DNA of 64,000 nucleotides. Origin: Eledone cirrhosa. Lineage: Eukaryota. The translations under genes and the position numbers were made by a program. The DNA is taken from the NCBI GenBank assembly GCA_964016885.1, contig CAXHJY010001673.1, forward strand, positions 69,366-133,365. The letters run 5' to 3'. The notes under the pieces were generated by a model. The model saw only the letters and a program-made list of their open reading frames with translations. It had not been told where the DNA came from and searched no databases. Positions 13,581-27,331 of the stretch are shown here, one piece after another (position 1 is the stretch's first letter; each line of letters starts with the position of its first letter).

Positions 13581-15621
13581 TTCTAATAAGCTAAACAAAA
13601 TAATAGAAATATCAACATATATTTAGGAGTTCCCATTGACTAAGGCTTAGGAAAAGAAATTGTGTTAAGCTTACGACTTCGTCAACTCAACGAGTTCTGT
13701 TGTATTTAGAGAACAGTTTTTCTTCTATTTGGCTTTTATTTGGAGGGTGGGGTTGGTGGAAGGTTGTCGTCAAAATTGAATCGAAAAAAGGTCACTGATT
13801 TGACACAAACCATAACATTCATTGTTGGAAATATAATCTAATAGCGTAGCAATTGTTTTAGATCAAGATTAACCTTTTGTCTTCTTTCTTATTGGGAGCA
13901 ATTGTTTTGACTTGTCTCGTAAGGTTTTAAGACTTGGAACTAACAAACATGTCCTTTAATCTGTGTGTTTTCTTACGTTCGTTTATTACATTTTCGAGGG
14001 GGTAAATTGACAAAGTCGTTAGAATGTCGGATAGAGTATAGACATATATTTTGAGGTATTCATTCTGTTTGGATCTCTGAGCTCTCTCTGTGTTCACATC
14101 CCGCTGTAATCAACTTTACCTTTCATTCTTCCATGATCGATAAATTAAATACCAGATCAATACTTAGGATTAATTTTTCTTCTATATATCTTGGGTGGTA
14201 GTAGTTCCAGCTTCACGCATAGAAAGACTGGTGTAGTGGTTCTGAAAACAATGTGGCTTTGCAGATGATCAATGCAAATTGACAATAGAAAGGCGCTCCC
14301 GCTCAAGTTAGAAGATAACTATTGACCTTCAGGAGAAGCAGCGACCCCTGATTGTATTCAGCAACCGAAACAAATATGAATTACACCAAATACAATGCTC
14401 ATAGGGGCGGCTCTGGTTCTTCTTATTTGCGAGTGTAAACTCGGCCAGATTAGATTAGATTAGATTAGATTCTATGTATCTTTCTCGTTTCTATTTCTCT
14501 ACCTCCTTGTATAGAAATAAATCAACTGTGTTCAGACCTGCAGAACGATGGGCTTCATCAGGTTTAAAATGAGCAAGAAACCCGATGGCCAGCGTCTCTA
14601 TGACTCATCAGGAGTTTTGAGCGGCGGATTAAATTTACCGCCGATAGAGACCATAATAGGAATTGAATAAAAAATCTGGAACAGCTACTAAAAGTCATTT
14701 TGTTCTATGTTCCAACGTCATCGCCACATATTCACTCGAAATCACTAATTTTAATTGAAATTTATCGATCATTTAACATTTTAGATTTAGTCAACTTTTA
14801 TTTATGTGAAGAGAAATTTTTTTCCTTTATTCTTTCTTTTGTTCTTAATAATGCGTTTGTGTAATTTTGTTAACAACATTTCCAACATCTGGACAAGCTT
14901 TTTCTTACGTAAAATAATCTAATAAAATAAATACTAATAAATGGTCATTTCTATGTAATTTTTTTAATTTGTCACGTAAAATCATAGAAATAAATTTTCG
15001 TTGGTTATATCAAACATTTAATGATTTGATTTTCAAGCCATTTTGTTTGTTTTCTAGATAGTAAGAGTATATAATTCAGACAAAGAGAGCAAACAGAGAA
15101 AACGAAAAGAAAGACAATTATAATATTAATAAAAAATACCTATAGCATTAAATCGCTTAGTTATTCCTAGTTACTGTTACAAAGAGTGACAAATATTACA
15201 ACAGGCTAGAGTAGGAATTGATAACATAAAACATATCACCCAATACTTGAAGAAATACCATTCACCAATTTATGCTCCTTTGTATATGTCTATTATACTC
15301 TTATATAAGACATTATTTAATCGCTGTGTTAATACTAATACTGTATTACTCCACAATATATAACAAGTCACAACTTAATGCCATTTAATTTTATAGTCGA
15401 AATATTAGGTGCAGAAACGAGAATAAAATTGCTTATTTAGTAAAACATAAAAATGGAAAATGCCTTAACTTTGGGATTGTAGTGGTGCTACACGACATGT
15501 CTTGGATATTTTAAATCTCGAGAGGATTTGAACATTGGACACAGTGAACCGAAACAAATACCGAGGTATAGTGAATACGGCGACCTAACGTCTCTTCCAA
15601 TTCACTGCCAATTGAAACAAT

Positions 15622-15689
<68 letters not shown>

Positions 15690-17008
15690 ATATATATATA
15701 TATATATATATATATCAGTTGCACCCCCACCCATCCTCATCTCTTTAAGTAAGTATCTCTTGCGAGAACATTTTCTCATTTTTTGTGTCTTCCCTATTTT
15801 TTGTGTCTTTGCGACGCCTAAAACCACGCACACACACACACATACTCTCTCACACACCCCCACACATTTTAACTGTGTCTCTGAAAAAAATTGGCTGTGT
15901 TCAGATTTAGAGAAAGTAGGGCTCGACTTTATTTTAATTCCCAAGACGGTTTTTCTCCGGCTCCAACAAGATTTCAGTGTGTCGCACACTGATGGGAATG
16001 CAATATCTAACGTGACGTTCCCTTTTAAAGAAAGTAGACGTTTTTTAAGAGAACTTTCGTTGCTACTTTCTGCAAGTCGAGCGATTATATACAAGCATTC
16101 CCGTTGTCATGTATTCATTCATATAAAGCCATGTAAGCTTAGATATAATGAAGTAAGTAATTAAGAGTTATGGCTGTGAAAGTAGCTTCAATAGGGTTGT
16201 ATCAAATTCGAGTCATGCTCCAGAAGTTTTCGTTTCAAATGTTATTGAAAGAAATAACTCTATCTAAGCATACTTTGTATGCATGATCCAGTAGATTGAG
16301 GTAGCACTTGAGATTTAGTGAAGTGTTGAGACAAACAACCTCGAGAAAGAAAGAGAGGGGGAGAGAGATTTTATCTATTAATTGTATGGATAATTTTAAT
16401 TCATCAAAGCTTTTTTTAAAAACCTATCTATATTACGTTTGCGAGATGGCAACGTTGTTGAATTTTAATATTCAGACGAACTTCCAAGGTTATTTTACTT
16501 CAGGTGTATAACGTTGATATTTATAACCAGTAATTATATTCTCCCCTTCTATATTACTAATTTTAGTCTTGTTTACGTTACTTGTTGGTTTAAGCCAACA
16601 AATACAGCTTCAGTCGGAGCAACATAAGTTTGGGGGACAACAAATACGACGGGCTTAACTCTAGCACATAATTTTTAGCTCAAAATCAAACAATAGACTT
16701 ATAGGCTAATTCAACTTATATGCCTCGGTTTTACTGCATACATTTCTGACCAAGGTAGAAAATATATAATAAATTCTGTTATATTACCAAAACTATGTCT
16801 TTTGAATCCGCAGATGTCGTATTTTCTGGCATTAACGTCTGGTGAATTCTTTCTGCGGCCTTCATTTAAATATATTCAGTGTCTCGTGTGGGTATTTTGT
16901 CATCGAGTTAACCGATTATCGCACCCGGAGCCTTTATAAAATATAAATATACAGACTTGTCAACACCCCCCTATAGCTTTCATTATCTAAAATCTCCCCC
17001 CCCCCCCC

Positions 17009-17112
17009 GCCGAGGTTAACTTTACCTTTCATCCTTACGGGGTCGATAAAATAAAGTACCAGTAATACATTGGTATAATTGCTGGCCTTGTGCCAAAAGT
17101 AGAAACAATTAT
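17009..17112 (+). mobile_element. SINE family 1, 5'-truncated
   Basis: cgccgaggttaactttacctttcatccttacggggtcgataaaataaagtaccag...ttgctggccttgtgccaaaagtagaaacaatt. Confidence 0.85.
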
Positions 17113-17786
17113 CTAAAATCTCCCCATTTTGCCTCATTTATCCCCGTTTTGGGGCACTTTTTCTCATGGTACTCCCCGTTTGGATGTTTATAGGTTGGCA
17201 GGTTGGAGCATGACGGAGCCTAATTGCAATGGCTGGATCTGCTAGAATAATCAGCCAAATATATTTTATATTACACCCATCATCCCAAAGCAAATGTCAA
17301 GGGCATAATGTATAATGTTGCAAACACTTTCAAAATAAAAAAGGATGGGTTGATTACGGTTGGAGAGCTTTTGATCATAGATTTACTCGCTTTAGACTTA
17401 GACTTATCTGGGCTAAACAAGAACAAGAACAAATAGAACAACGAGAAAAAATAGCATATAAAAGAATCAACAATTTTAAAATATAAAATAAAATAAAAAT
17501 GAAGAACAAATAATACATATGATTTTGTGGATGGAAAGAAAACCAGTTTATCTTTCCTGTGGTGTGTCAACAACCAAACTAGGTAGGAGACTAAACATAA
17601 AGAGCAATAAACAACAGACCTCTCTAATGGAACGTAGATTTAGGTTAGTTCTGTTCACGTTTCTTTGCTATTTATCTAATGATTTCATATTGTGGAGTGA
17701 AGCGAAGGTGAGGAGAAATCACTGGACTGTGACGTAGTGGTTACCATCTAAATATCGCATACTATTTTATAGAGAGTCATTATCAA

Positions 17787-17975
17787 GACGCGTGGCTTCG
17801 TAGTTAGGAAGTTCGGCTTACGATCTTAAGGTTATGAGTTCGATTCCCACCAGTTTATACTCCTCTACTGAATTAAGCTGTAATTCAAAGTGGGTGAGTT
17901 TTTTTCCCACGCTGAGTCACGCTGAATCTTTCTGAGAATTACCTGAAGGGTATACGTGTCTGTGGAATTACGGTG
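17787..17975 (+). mobile_element. tRNA-headed SINE, family 2/3
   Basis: A-box-like gtggcttcgtagttagg and B box gagttcgattccc. Body is the reverse complement of 31230-31330. Confidence 0.6.
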
Positions 17976-18029
17976 AACTGGTAGAGTCGTTAGAACATCT
18001 CGGCGAATCCCTGCTATATTTGTCCAGAT

Positions 18030-18062
<33 letters not shown>

Positions 18063-18132
18063 CATCTAGTGAGCAAGAGACGGCTTGAAGATGCACCTAT
18101 TCTCTTCGACTAGCTTCGTAAACCAATATATG

Positions 18133-18348
18133 TATATTTATTTTATTATAGAAATAACTTCAAGAGGACTAGAACTGTTTTATTCGTAAGACATCACCCG
18201 GAAAGAAATTTCCTGATGATTTCTTACGAATGAAACAGTTCTAGTCCCGTATAAATCATTTTTATAATAAAATGAACATACCTATAAGCAACTAACGTAA
18301 GGAGTACCTTTTTAACAGGGGTCGCTTCCCTAATTACACCGGGACTCT

Positions 18349-18350
<2 letters not shown>
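18133..18350 (+). mobile_element. Family B hairpin/tail element, diverged hammerhead
   Basis: Imperfect arms ~18133-18197 and 18213-18281. CUGAUGA-uuucuuacgaau-GAAACAG-uucuaguc-CCGUA at 18213-18251. Tail carries GAGTACC (18302). Confidence 0.75.
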
Positions 18351-18399
<49 letters not shown>

Positions 18400-18427
18400 A
18401 GAATTGAGATGGAGGGTTTGTGGTTTT

Positions 18428-18484
<57 letters not shown>

Positions 18485-18487
<3 letters not shown>

Positions 18488-18620
18488 AAAAGGTAAACAG
18501 AAATAACAACACAATCGGTACAGTTTATGGAAGGAATATATTAGGTTAACGCTTGATATAGCAGGAAGAGGGTCTTAAAGATTCGGACGCTAGTTCTTCA
18601 TCAGAAGAAAGAATGAGAAA
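18485..18620 (-). mobile_element. Degenerate minimal-hammerhead element next to (TG)n
   Basis: Minus strand CUU-CUGAUGA-AGAAC(uagc)GUCC-GAAUCUUU-AAG (18574-18607). Homologous to 41702-41825 (+). Confidence 0.5.
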
Positions 18621-20239
18621 TAAGATAGATTGAGGGGACGGGCGGGTTGGAATTGGAAAAAATGTCTTTAGATAAAAATAACAGGTCCGTTCAAGTTGAC
18701 CCATCCATCTCACTCTCGTAGTTCTTTAAACTATATCTCAAACACTATCTCATCAATTCCTTTTCTACAATATGGCAAGATTTCTCAATTAAAACGACAG
18801 AATGCAATTGATTGAACATTTTCATCCTTTAAAATAGCATCATTGATCGATGTCTCAATTACGCCCACTCTCCTCTCTTTCTTCCTTCTTTAATGTACCA
18901 CTCCCCCTCCTCTTCTTCTTCTTCTTCTTCTTCTGTTCATCATTCAAATTTTATTCGTATTGTCTACATATTTTTTTTGTAAAAATATTTTTGTTTCTTA
19001 TTCTATTGGGACTTTTTAAAAGTTAATTCTAATGTCAACGCCAGGTCTTACAGAAGGATAACTTTTGCAAAATTCCAACCAAGTTTATTTATTTTTAAAT
19101 TTTATTTTTTCCTATTTCGCTTTGTCCCTTTTTTTTTCTTAATTTCTTTCAAAGTTTGATGTGAAATTACAAAACAAAATAATGCTTTCTAATATAAGCC
19201 CAAGGCTAGCGATGCAGAAATTATTGAATTGGTTGAGGGACTTATAATCATAAGCTCATGGTACAACACCTGGATCAAGCGCAGAGCATTGTGTTCTTGA
19301 ACGAAATATCTCACGTTCTCCCTTCAGTCTGGAGTTGCGACAAGTAGTTTGTATCAGCAACTGAAAAACCACAAGAAATATTGCTGTCCTTGGTCAGATC
19401 AGACGAACGAATCCTTTTCTTTCTTATTTCAAATTCAATATAAGAATAAAACACATGATGACGGTCGGAGATCAAACTGAACGAAACGTACAGTAAACGT
19501 TAATATTCGCTAAAAGCGAAACTAATAATCCGGAAAATTATAATCTTTCTGAGAACAATTCATTTCAGTGTCGACATTCATTAATTCCTACGACTATAGT
19601 GTTATTAACCTGACTATAAAGAAACAACTCTCTGTGATATTTCACAACACGTCACGCATGACATATAACAAATTCCACAGCTTTTGATCAGTTGTTGAGA
19701 GAAAAATAAGGCCGGATATATGTGCACAAAGTCTAAAGTGATTCTTTTTTTTGCTTATTGCTTAGATCCATACATATAACATTTACAAGCCGCTATGTCG
19801 AAATAGACCCGTCAGTTAACTTCAGTCGTATATAAAAGTACTTACCTGGTCGTTTACAAGTCTATTTTTCACTCTTATTCGTGTCTTTGTATTTTTGTGT
19901 AATTTTAGTCAGCGGATTCAGACATGCGAGATGTGTATAATAGTGTGTTTATTTATATATGGGTGTGTTTATTTATATGTGTGTGTGTTTATCTCTGTGT
20001 GTATCCGTGTGTATCTTTGTCACGAAAAATTTTCAAATTTTTTTTTCTCTATTTAATTCTGTTTACAATAAAATAGAATTAGTAAATGTATCAATCTAGC
20101 TTTATATGTCAACTTGTATAACTACGTGTATTCTCTGTCTCTCACTCCTGCCCCTTATATATTTCATCTAAATCCCCCCCCCTCTCTCTCTCTGTCTCTC
20201 TCTCTCTCCACATTCTTTTGTATAAATCTTCAAATTCTC

Positions 20240-20522
20240 CGAATTGAGAGATCACTACTCCGATACTATAGACATGTGCTTACACTGTCTTAGGAAAGAA
20301 CCTGTGGACAGATTTTACAGGCAAAACCAACAGGTAAGAGACCCAGAGGTAGACCACGAGCAAGATGGTTGGATAACATCCATGAGCTTGGCTGCCCACG
20401 CTTGGGGATCCAGCCGGATCAGTTGGAGACGGTTGCTTCTGATAGGACCCGCTAGAAGGAGTGTTTGAGGACTCTTCTACCAAGACCCTCTCAGGAATAA
20501 GTGGGCTAAGAAGAGAAGAAGA
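20240..20522 (+). mobile_element. RTE-clade LINE ORF C-terminus/3' end (pseudogenised)
   Basis: IERSLLRYYRHVLTLS*ERTCGQILQAKPTGKRPRGRPRARWLDNIHELG...VASDRTR*KECL. GKRPRGRP..RW.D is a hallmark of RTE ORF ends. Confidence 0.85.
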
Positions 20523-20548
20523 CTCCAGTTGCGTTTTCAATTTCTCTT

Positions 20549-20618
<70 letters not shown>

Positions 20619-20656
20619 ATATTTCTGCGGGCTTTTTATGAAACTATATATATATA

Positions 20657-20776
20657 TAACGGAGGAAATGTGGTAAGGAACCAGGTGGACCATAACGCAC
20701 CAAAGTACTCAATACTTAGTCCAGAATTAGCCGTCGAAACGGCTTGAGCTCAGCCGTCGGGGTCCTACTCGTTCCT

Positions 20777-20778
<2 letters not shown>
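20657..20778 (-). mobile_element. Family A element
   Basis: Tail plus inverted arm agaattagccgtcGAAACGGCttgagctcaGCCGTCggggtcctactcgttccta. Confidence 0.85.
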
Positions 20779-20846
<68 letters not shown>

Positions 20847-20855
20847 TCATCTATA

Positions 20856-20913
<58 letters not shown>

Positions 20914-21761
20914 TCATCTATAGTATATAACTATATAACATGGTATAGAACTGCAGTATAACGTATTTTGTTGTTGTAGTTGTTGTCAGTAATTACACAG
21001 GAAAACACATATACCGGTTGACATACGAAATTTTTTTGTGTGGAAGAAATTGTTAGCTTGGTCGTAGTCTAAACTGAATATTTACGATCAGAAAAGCGAC
21101 ATAATTTCTTTCGCCTTTTTATCAATGTTTGAGTCCGACATAGACAGAACATTTCAGCTTCTTTCTTGGGGAACAAATCGATCGGAATTCTTTCTTAGAA
21201 ACTCCACCTTTAGTGTTGCATGAAAGCTCTAAATATGAACACATAGACAAGAAGTATAAAAATAAGAAGAAAAAAAAAAAGCTACGTTATTGTTATTATT
21301 ATTTTTATTATTATTTATTATTATTTATTTATTTATTTATTTTTTTTTTTTTGCATTTCTCAGAATCGAACTAATAAAATATTCATAAACGTTTGAGAAC
21401 AAAACTTCAAAGAAAGAATTTTTGGTTATCTCTCGAATGAATACTTACCAATTATGTTAGTGAGTAAAATAATAATAAAAAAAATAAAGCAAACCAATTC
21501 TTTTGGAATAGTTTTAAAGGTATAAGGACTGTCTTGAAGTTTCAATTGTGATAATTGCTGAAGCAAGAAATAATAATCTTACTGTATAAGTTTCGGATAT
21601 ATGAAAGAATCTAAATTGCCCGAAGAGATTTAACTTCTGATATAACTAATTTGAGTCAATATGAGACATTAGATGGTAAAGATCTTGACCGGGTTTCGAT
21701 TTTAAGTGGTAGATAATCCGCATAATTTGCAGCGTTTTTAATGTAGGTAATGCTCAATATA

Positions 21762-21918
21762 AGCAGCGAATTGGTAGAGTCGTTAGAATGTCGGATAGAA
21801 TGCTTTATGGTATTCGTTCCAGCTATCTGCTCTCTGAGTTCAAATCCCGCCGAGGTCACCTTTGCCTTTCATCCTTTCGAGGTCGATAAAAAAGTACCAG
21901 TCTATTACTGGGGTTGAT
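21762..21918 (+). mobile_element. SINE family 1
   Basis: Head gcagcgaattggtagagtcgttag, B box gagttcaaatccc, conserved central domain. Confidence 0.85.
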
Positions 21919-22559
21919 TCTTCCTCTATATCTCTTTCTCATTTCCCCTCTCTCACTTTCTATCTTTCTCTGGAAGAAATCTGCTGTACTCAGGCCTGGA
22001 GAGAGATGGCCTCCGCCAGGCTTAAAATGTCCAAGAAACATCGTATGTCAATGCGGCGCCCCTACGATTATATAAGGAGTTACAGGATATACATTCATAC
22101 AGTGCTCAATATAGCCTAATAAAAATGTCAGTTGTAAAGCTAAACTGAAGCACAAGCGTGCTCTTCTATTTTCCACCTCGTTATATCCTGTGGACGCTCA
22201 CAGTGGGATTACAGAAGAACATACTGACATTTGAAATGAAATGATGATACAGTAATCTTACGGGCATCTCCTTCGCAGTAAACACAAGCAACAGAAGCAT
22301 TTTCACGGCAGTCAACCAACGGCAACTCTAGGCCTATCCAAAGATAAGAACTGGCCTAATGAGCTTCCGGGATCGAGACAGACTTTAGACCTTTCAGACA
22401 TGTTTCAGTGTAATGCTCAGCCACTTACACTGTAATTTCATAAACAGACTGTTCTATTTATTGAACAACTGAAACATTCATCGTCAAAAACGACGGAGTC
22501 CCACTTTATTTTTATGTTATAAGTGAAAAACCAGTATGAAACTTAACAGTAACTATGCC

Positions 22560-22800
22560 ACAACATTTTTTCCCGGCGCTCTACCGATACTGCTAATATC
22601 CACAACCCTTAAATAACGGTTTCTGATTTAGGTACTAGTCCAACAATTTTAGTGGGAGTGGGGAAAATAAATTAAATCGTTACTGGTACATTAATTTATC
22701 GATCCCGCAAGGATGAAAGGCAAAACTAACCTAAGCGGGATTTGAACTCAGAACGTAAGGGGTGGTTCTCTATGCCACAAAGCTTATTGTCCGAGGCTCT
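22560..22800 (-). mobile_element. SINE family 1 (diverged, two pieces)
   Basis: tttatcgatcccgcaaggatgaaaggcaaaactaacct..gcgggatttgaactcag. Confidence 0.7.
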
Positions 22801-24355
22801 ACCCACACTCTTAATCTACGGCTCTGCTGGTTCAAGAAATAATAAAGTGAAACTCTTGATGTGAGAAAATACGTATATATTAGATATAAATTTATTACAT
22901 CGTGTTTATAGTTCAACTACTTACATATCCTTAATTTATTTGGAGGAAATATGAAAATTAGAACGCGGTAATTTTAATTATGAACATAATATAAATTTTA
23001 TCTTGACTATTATATGTATGTATTATGCAGCATTTTAAATTTTACATCAATTTATTTCTGTTTCATATGTATTTTGTATTTTTCTCACACACACACGTTC
23101 TTTTGTCTCTCCAATGTAGTTGTCTAATTGTACTGAGAAACGTGTGACTTGAACACTTTAGCGAAGTTTTAGTTGAAAATATTAACCTCTTCATCTATGT
23201 GTTTTGTGTCACTAACTCTGGAATGATGTAATTATTTCAACATACGTCGCTAGAAAACCTCCCCCAGCCCTCTATCTGCCTCAACAGTTCACCTTCGCCC
23301 TAATAAAACTGCCACAGCTGCTACAGGAGGAGTAACGAAATTTAAAATCACAAATTACCGAGAAGATGAGAGTCTTTTCTATATTTTCTCTGTCATTTTG
23401 TTAACATTTCCTTCATCCCTTTACCATCGCCAGGAAATCTGGGATAATCTCCAACAAGGGGAAAACTAATTGTGTTCGACCAGCTAGCGAAGGAGGAACA
23501 ATCTGTTATTTCTAATTACTGCCGTTGCAAATTAGTCTTCGACTGGATTGTCCAGTCTTGATTAGAAAATCTGACTGCGAACGGCTTATCAATCAAAGCA
23601 ATTGAGACCAGTTGTCTAGATTCCAAATATCACGCCAGACGTAGAAGACTAACGATTGACAGCGGGAAATGCCGCTCGGAGCAGAGTATGTAGTCGGTCT
23701 TCAGAAGCTGAAATCAAAATTTAATTAAGTGGAAAGAATGAAATACTTTGGTAGAGCACATAAAAATAAAGAAAGGGAGAAAAAGAACAGAATAAACGAT
23801 TTAACAGACAGCTTTCTGGAGACTCTATAACTGATGGTAGAAGAAAAAAATGTCTGAATGATCGATTGCAGAAAAAATTAAGTTGAATCTAGGTAGGGAA
23901 GAGCAGAATATCTCTCCATTACTATTTTTGTTTTAATTTTTGTCATTTTACAAAATATTCCTGCAAAATATATTTGCTCGTCGTTTTATTTCCTACTCTA
24001 ATTTCATTTTGTAATATTTGCTCTTCTATGAAAAAGAAAAAAATGACATGAACATCCCATTGTTATAATATTAATATTTATGATTTCGTACATGATATTT
24101 TATGATATTATTTCATAAACAAGAAGCTATCTGATAGCCGACATATGCTTATCAATTTGATCGCTAAACATTATCTCTTATATATCAAGTGTAGAAAAAG
24201 AAACAACAAAAAAAAACATTTCTAGCTTTGAAAACAAAACAAATTCAAATTCGTACAAATATTTATCCGATGATCGGGAAAATTGATATGTTCACTCTTT
24301 GTCCATATTTTCAGCAAGTACATAATAATAACAATAATAATAATAATAATAATAA

Positions 24356-25068
24356 TATTTACAAGGAGGAGGCTAGCCCACTGTGCAGGATCTGTGGAGA
24401 GAGAGAGGAGACTGTGGCTCACATTGTATCCGAGTGTAAACACCTAGCCCAGACTCACTATAAGGGCTGGAGACATGATGTGATGGGCAGGGTGATCCAC
24501 TGGCACCTATGCAAAGTAAACAATTTACCACATTCTGAGAAGTGGTATGAGCATAAGCCAGAGTCGGTGATAGAAAACGATCAGGTGAAGGTGCTGTGGG
24601 ATTAAAATCCCACAGCACCTTCACCTGATCGTTTTCTATACAGACAGACAAGAAACTGGAACACAATAGACCTGACCTGGTGGTTTTGGACAAAGAAAAA
24701 AGATCGTGCCTGATTGTGGATGTGGCCTGCCCATTCGACACGAGAGTGCAAGAGAAGGAGAGGGAGAAAATTAACCGATACCAGGACTTAAAGTGGCAGG
24801 TAAAAAGGATTTGGAACTGCCATGAAGTCAAAGTGGTCCCGATTGTCATAGGCGCACTAGGTACTATCTCAAAAAGTTTCCAGGGATGGTTAAAGAAAAT
24901 TGGCCCCGCCACGCTTTTTGGAACACTTCAAAAGGCATGCTTGCTGGGAACAGCAAGAACCCTGCGATACGCCATGAATATCTGAGGCTGCAGGTAGTGG
25001 CTTGATATTCATTTCAACAAACTTTCCAGTTAACTAACATCAATGACTGAGACTCAAAGAACAACAAC

Positions 25069-25102
<34 letters not shown>

Positions 25103-25105
25103 GTA
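24356..25105 (+). mobile_element. 5'-truncated non-LTR retrotransposon with restriction-like endonuclease (R4/Dong-like), inserted in (AAT)n
   Basis: CCHC knuckle CRICGEREETVAHIVSEC, RHD, VLWD..IQTD..LEHNRPDLVV, IVDVACP, KINRYQDL, VPIVIGALG, LQKACLLGTA, stop at 24985. (AAT)n flanks at 24324-24355 and 25070-25101. Confidence 0.92.
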
Positions 25106-25106
25106 A

Positions 25107-25326
25107 TAATTGTTTCTTATATAGGCACAAGGCCAGCAATTTTGGGGGAGGGGGGAAAGTCGATTAAATCAACCTCAGTACATTACTGGTGCTTTATTTA
25201 TCGATCCTGTAAGGATGAAAGGCAAAGCTAACCTCGGTGGGATTCGAACTCAGATCGTAAAGGGCCGTAACTCAATGCTGCAAAGCATGGTGTTCGACCC
25301 TCTACCAATACAGCCAATCCACCGCC
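25107..25326 (-). mobile_element. SINE family 1, full length
   Basis: Complete head-core-tail match to 41441-41630, flanked by (AAT)n. Confidence 0.85.
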
Positions 25327-25629
25327 CTCTAATAATAATAATAATCCGCACCTTCATAATAATAATAATAATAATGTGAACAGAAAACGGATAATCTTGT
25401 TGAACATGATTTTAATTTTATAAATGTGTTGTAAAGAACAATGTTTCCCACATTTTTGTGTGTGACGTAAATGGGTGAAAACGAAACTTTTTGGTTGAGA
25501 ATCTTTTAGGGTAACCCCAAAGTCTAATATTGCTAAATGGTCGTAAATATACTCCTCTACCTTTTTTCACGGAACACAAGACAAACCTTTGCGGAGCCCA
25601 CTTTGTGAATCACTGGTCTAGAATATTCT

Positions 25630-25719
25630 AAACTTTTTCCTATTTCCCACTCTACTACCCTAAGTATTGAGTACTCTGGTGCGTTATGGTCCATCTGGTT
25701 CCTTACCACAATTCCTTTG

Positions 25720-25722
<3 letters not shown>
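25630..25722 (+). mobile_element. Family A tail fragment
   Basis: cccactctactaccctaagtattgagtactctggtgcgttatggtccatctggttccttaccaca...gtta(TA)n. Confidence 0.85.
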
Positions 25723-25778
<56 letters not shown>

Positions 25779-25843
25779 TATATATACATATTTATATATA
25801 CATATTTATATATACATATTTATATATACATATTTATATATAC

Positions 25844-25918
<75 letters not shown>

Positions 25919-26011
25919 TATTTGTATAAATATATTTATATATATGTATGTGTGTGGTGTAAAAATTTTCGCCAATAGCTTAAAAAAGATGGAGACGAGG
26001 GACATGCAAAA

Positions 26012-26060
<49 letters not shown>

Positions 26061-26064
<4 letters not shown>

Positions 26065-26250
26065 GTTATTCCGGGTTGAATCGGAGGTAACCACAGTAAG
26101 TAAGGTACTCAATACATTGCAGAGTATAAAAGTTTTAATATAGATGAGATTCTACAGGACTAGAACTGTTTCATCCTTTAGAAATCATCAGGATTCCTGA
26201 TGATTTCTAAAGAATGAAACAGTTCTAGTCCTGTAGAATATCATCTATAT
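26061..26250 (-). mobile_element. Family B hairpin/tail element
   Basis: Arms 26138-26193 and 26195-26250. Tail 26061-26137 matches the tail of 9929-10001. Confidence 0.88.
26193..26239 (+). ncRNA. Type I hammerhead ribozyme, family B (U10.1-U11.1 variant)
   Basis: AUUC-CUGAUGA-U-UUC(uaaa)GAA-U-GAA-ACAG(uucuaguc)CUGU-A^GAAU. Across copies the stem II loop varies (uaaa, uuac, cucc, uccc) while the UUC/GAA stem is kept. Confidence 0.75.
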
Positions 26251-26269
26251 ATATATATAATATTATATA

Positions 26270-26309
<40 letters not shown>

Positions 26310-26671
26310 TTTAACTATACATATACACACATATATATATATATATATAAATAAATGAGTGGATAAAAAAACAGAGGAGAGTAAGGGATTGCTTGAGATT
26401 TGAAGGAGAGCACCAGTGTAACAAACTTGCTAGAAGTATTGAATAGGTGAAGTTAAAGAGGAGAGGGATTTACTGAAAGACTAGTGAAGGGAAAGCAGGG
26501 GCTATATAAAAGGCAATATTTGTTGACAATAGACTCAACTCCCCCAGCTGAAAAAAGAATAGAAAAGAGGTTGTATATAGAAAGAGAAACGATTAAATCG
26601 GCTTCGTTTTCACCATTGTGTTTGTTGTTTAACCGTTGAAACGTGGAGCAACAACTAGTTTGTGAAGGGAC

Positions 26672-26750
<79 letters not shown>

Positions 26751-26757
26751 ATGTATC

Positions 26758-26791
<34 letters not shown>

Positions 26792-27331
26792 TGTATGTAT
26801 GTATGTATGTATGTATGTATATATAAGACTGTAGCTAATATCTCCCAGCTAGACGTGTCAACAGCAAACAGAAAGAGCCTAGTTTTTCACAGTTGGAGAA
26901 TAATACTTTCAGGCACCTCCCCTGCCACCACCACCACCACCACTCTTCCACCATCACCATCACCAGCAGCAGCACCCCTAACCCCACCACCGTTAATACC
27001 ACCACCATCATGATAACCATCAACAACACTAACACCAACACTGCCACCACCACCATCACCACGAAATTAATAAAATAAACGAAAATAAATCAAAATAAAA
27101 TATAAATAAGCCCCACGCGTTTATTGTACGTAGGTGATGACTATAACCCTGCAGCCACTTCATTTCTCCTTCAATAAGTCTTTTTCTTTTTAGATAGGCG
27201 CAAGGCAACATTTATTTATATATAAAATTAATAAGAAACGAGACGTTGTGGCATTCATGCCTTCGTAGTTCGTCAAATGATTTCATAATCAATAAAACCG
27301 AATCAAATCTATATTTTAATGTCAGGGTTAA

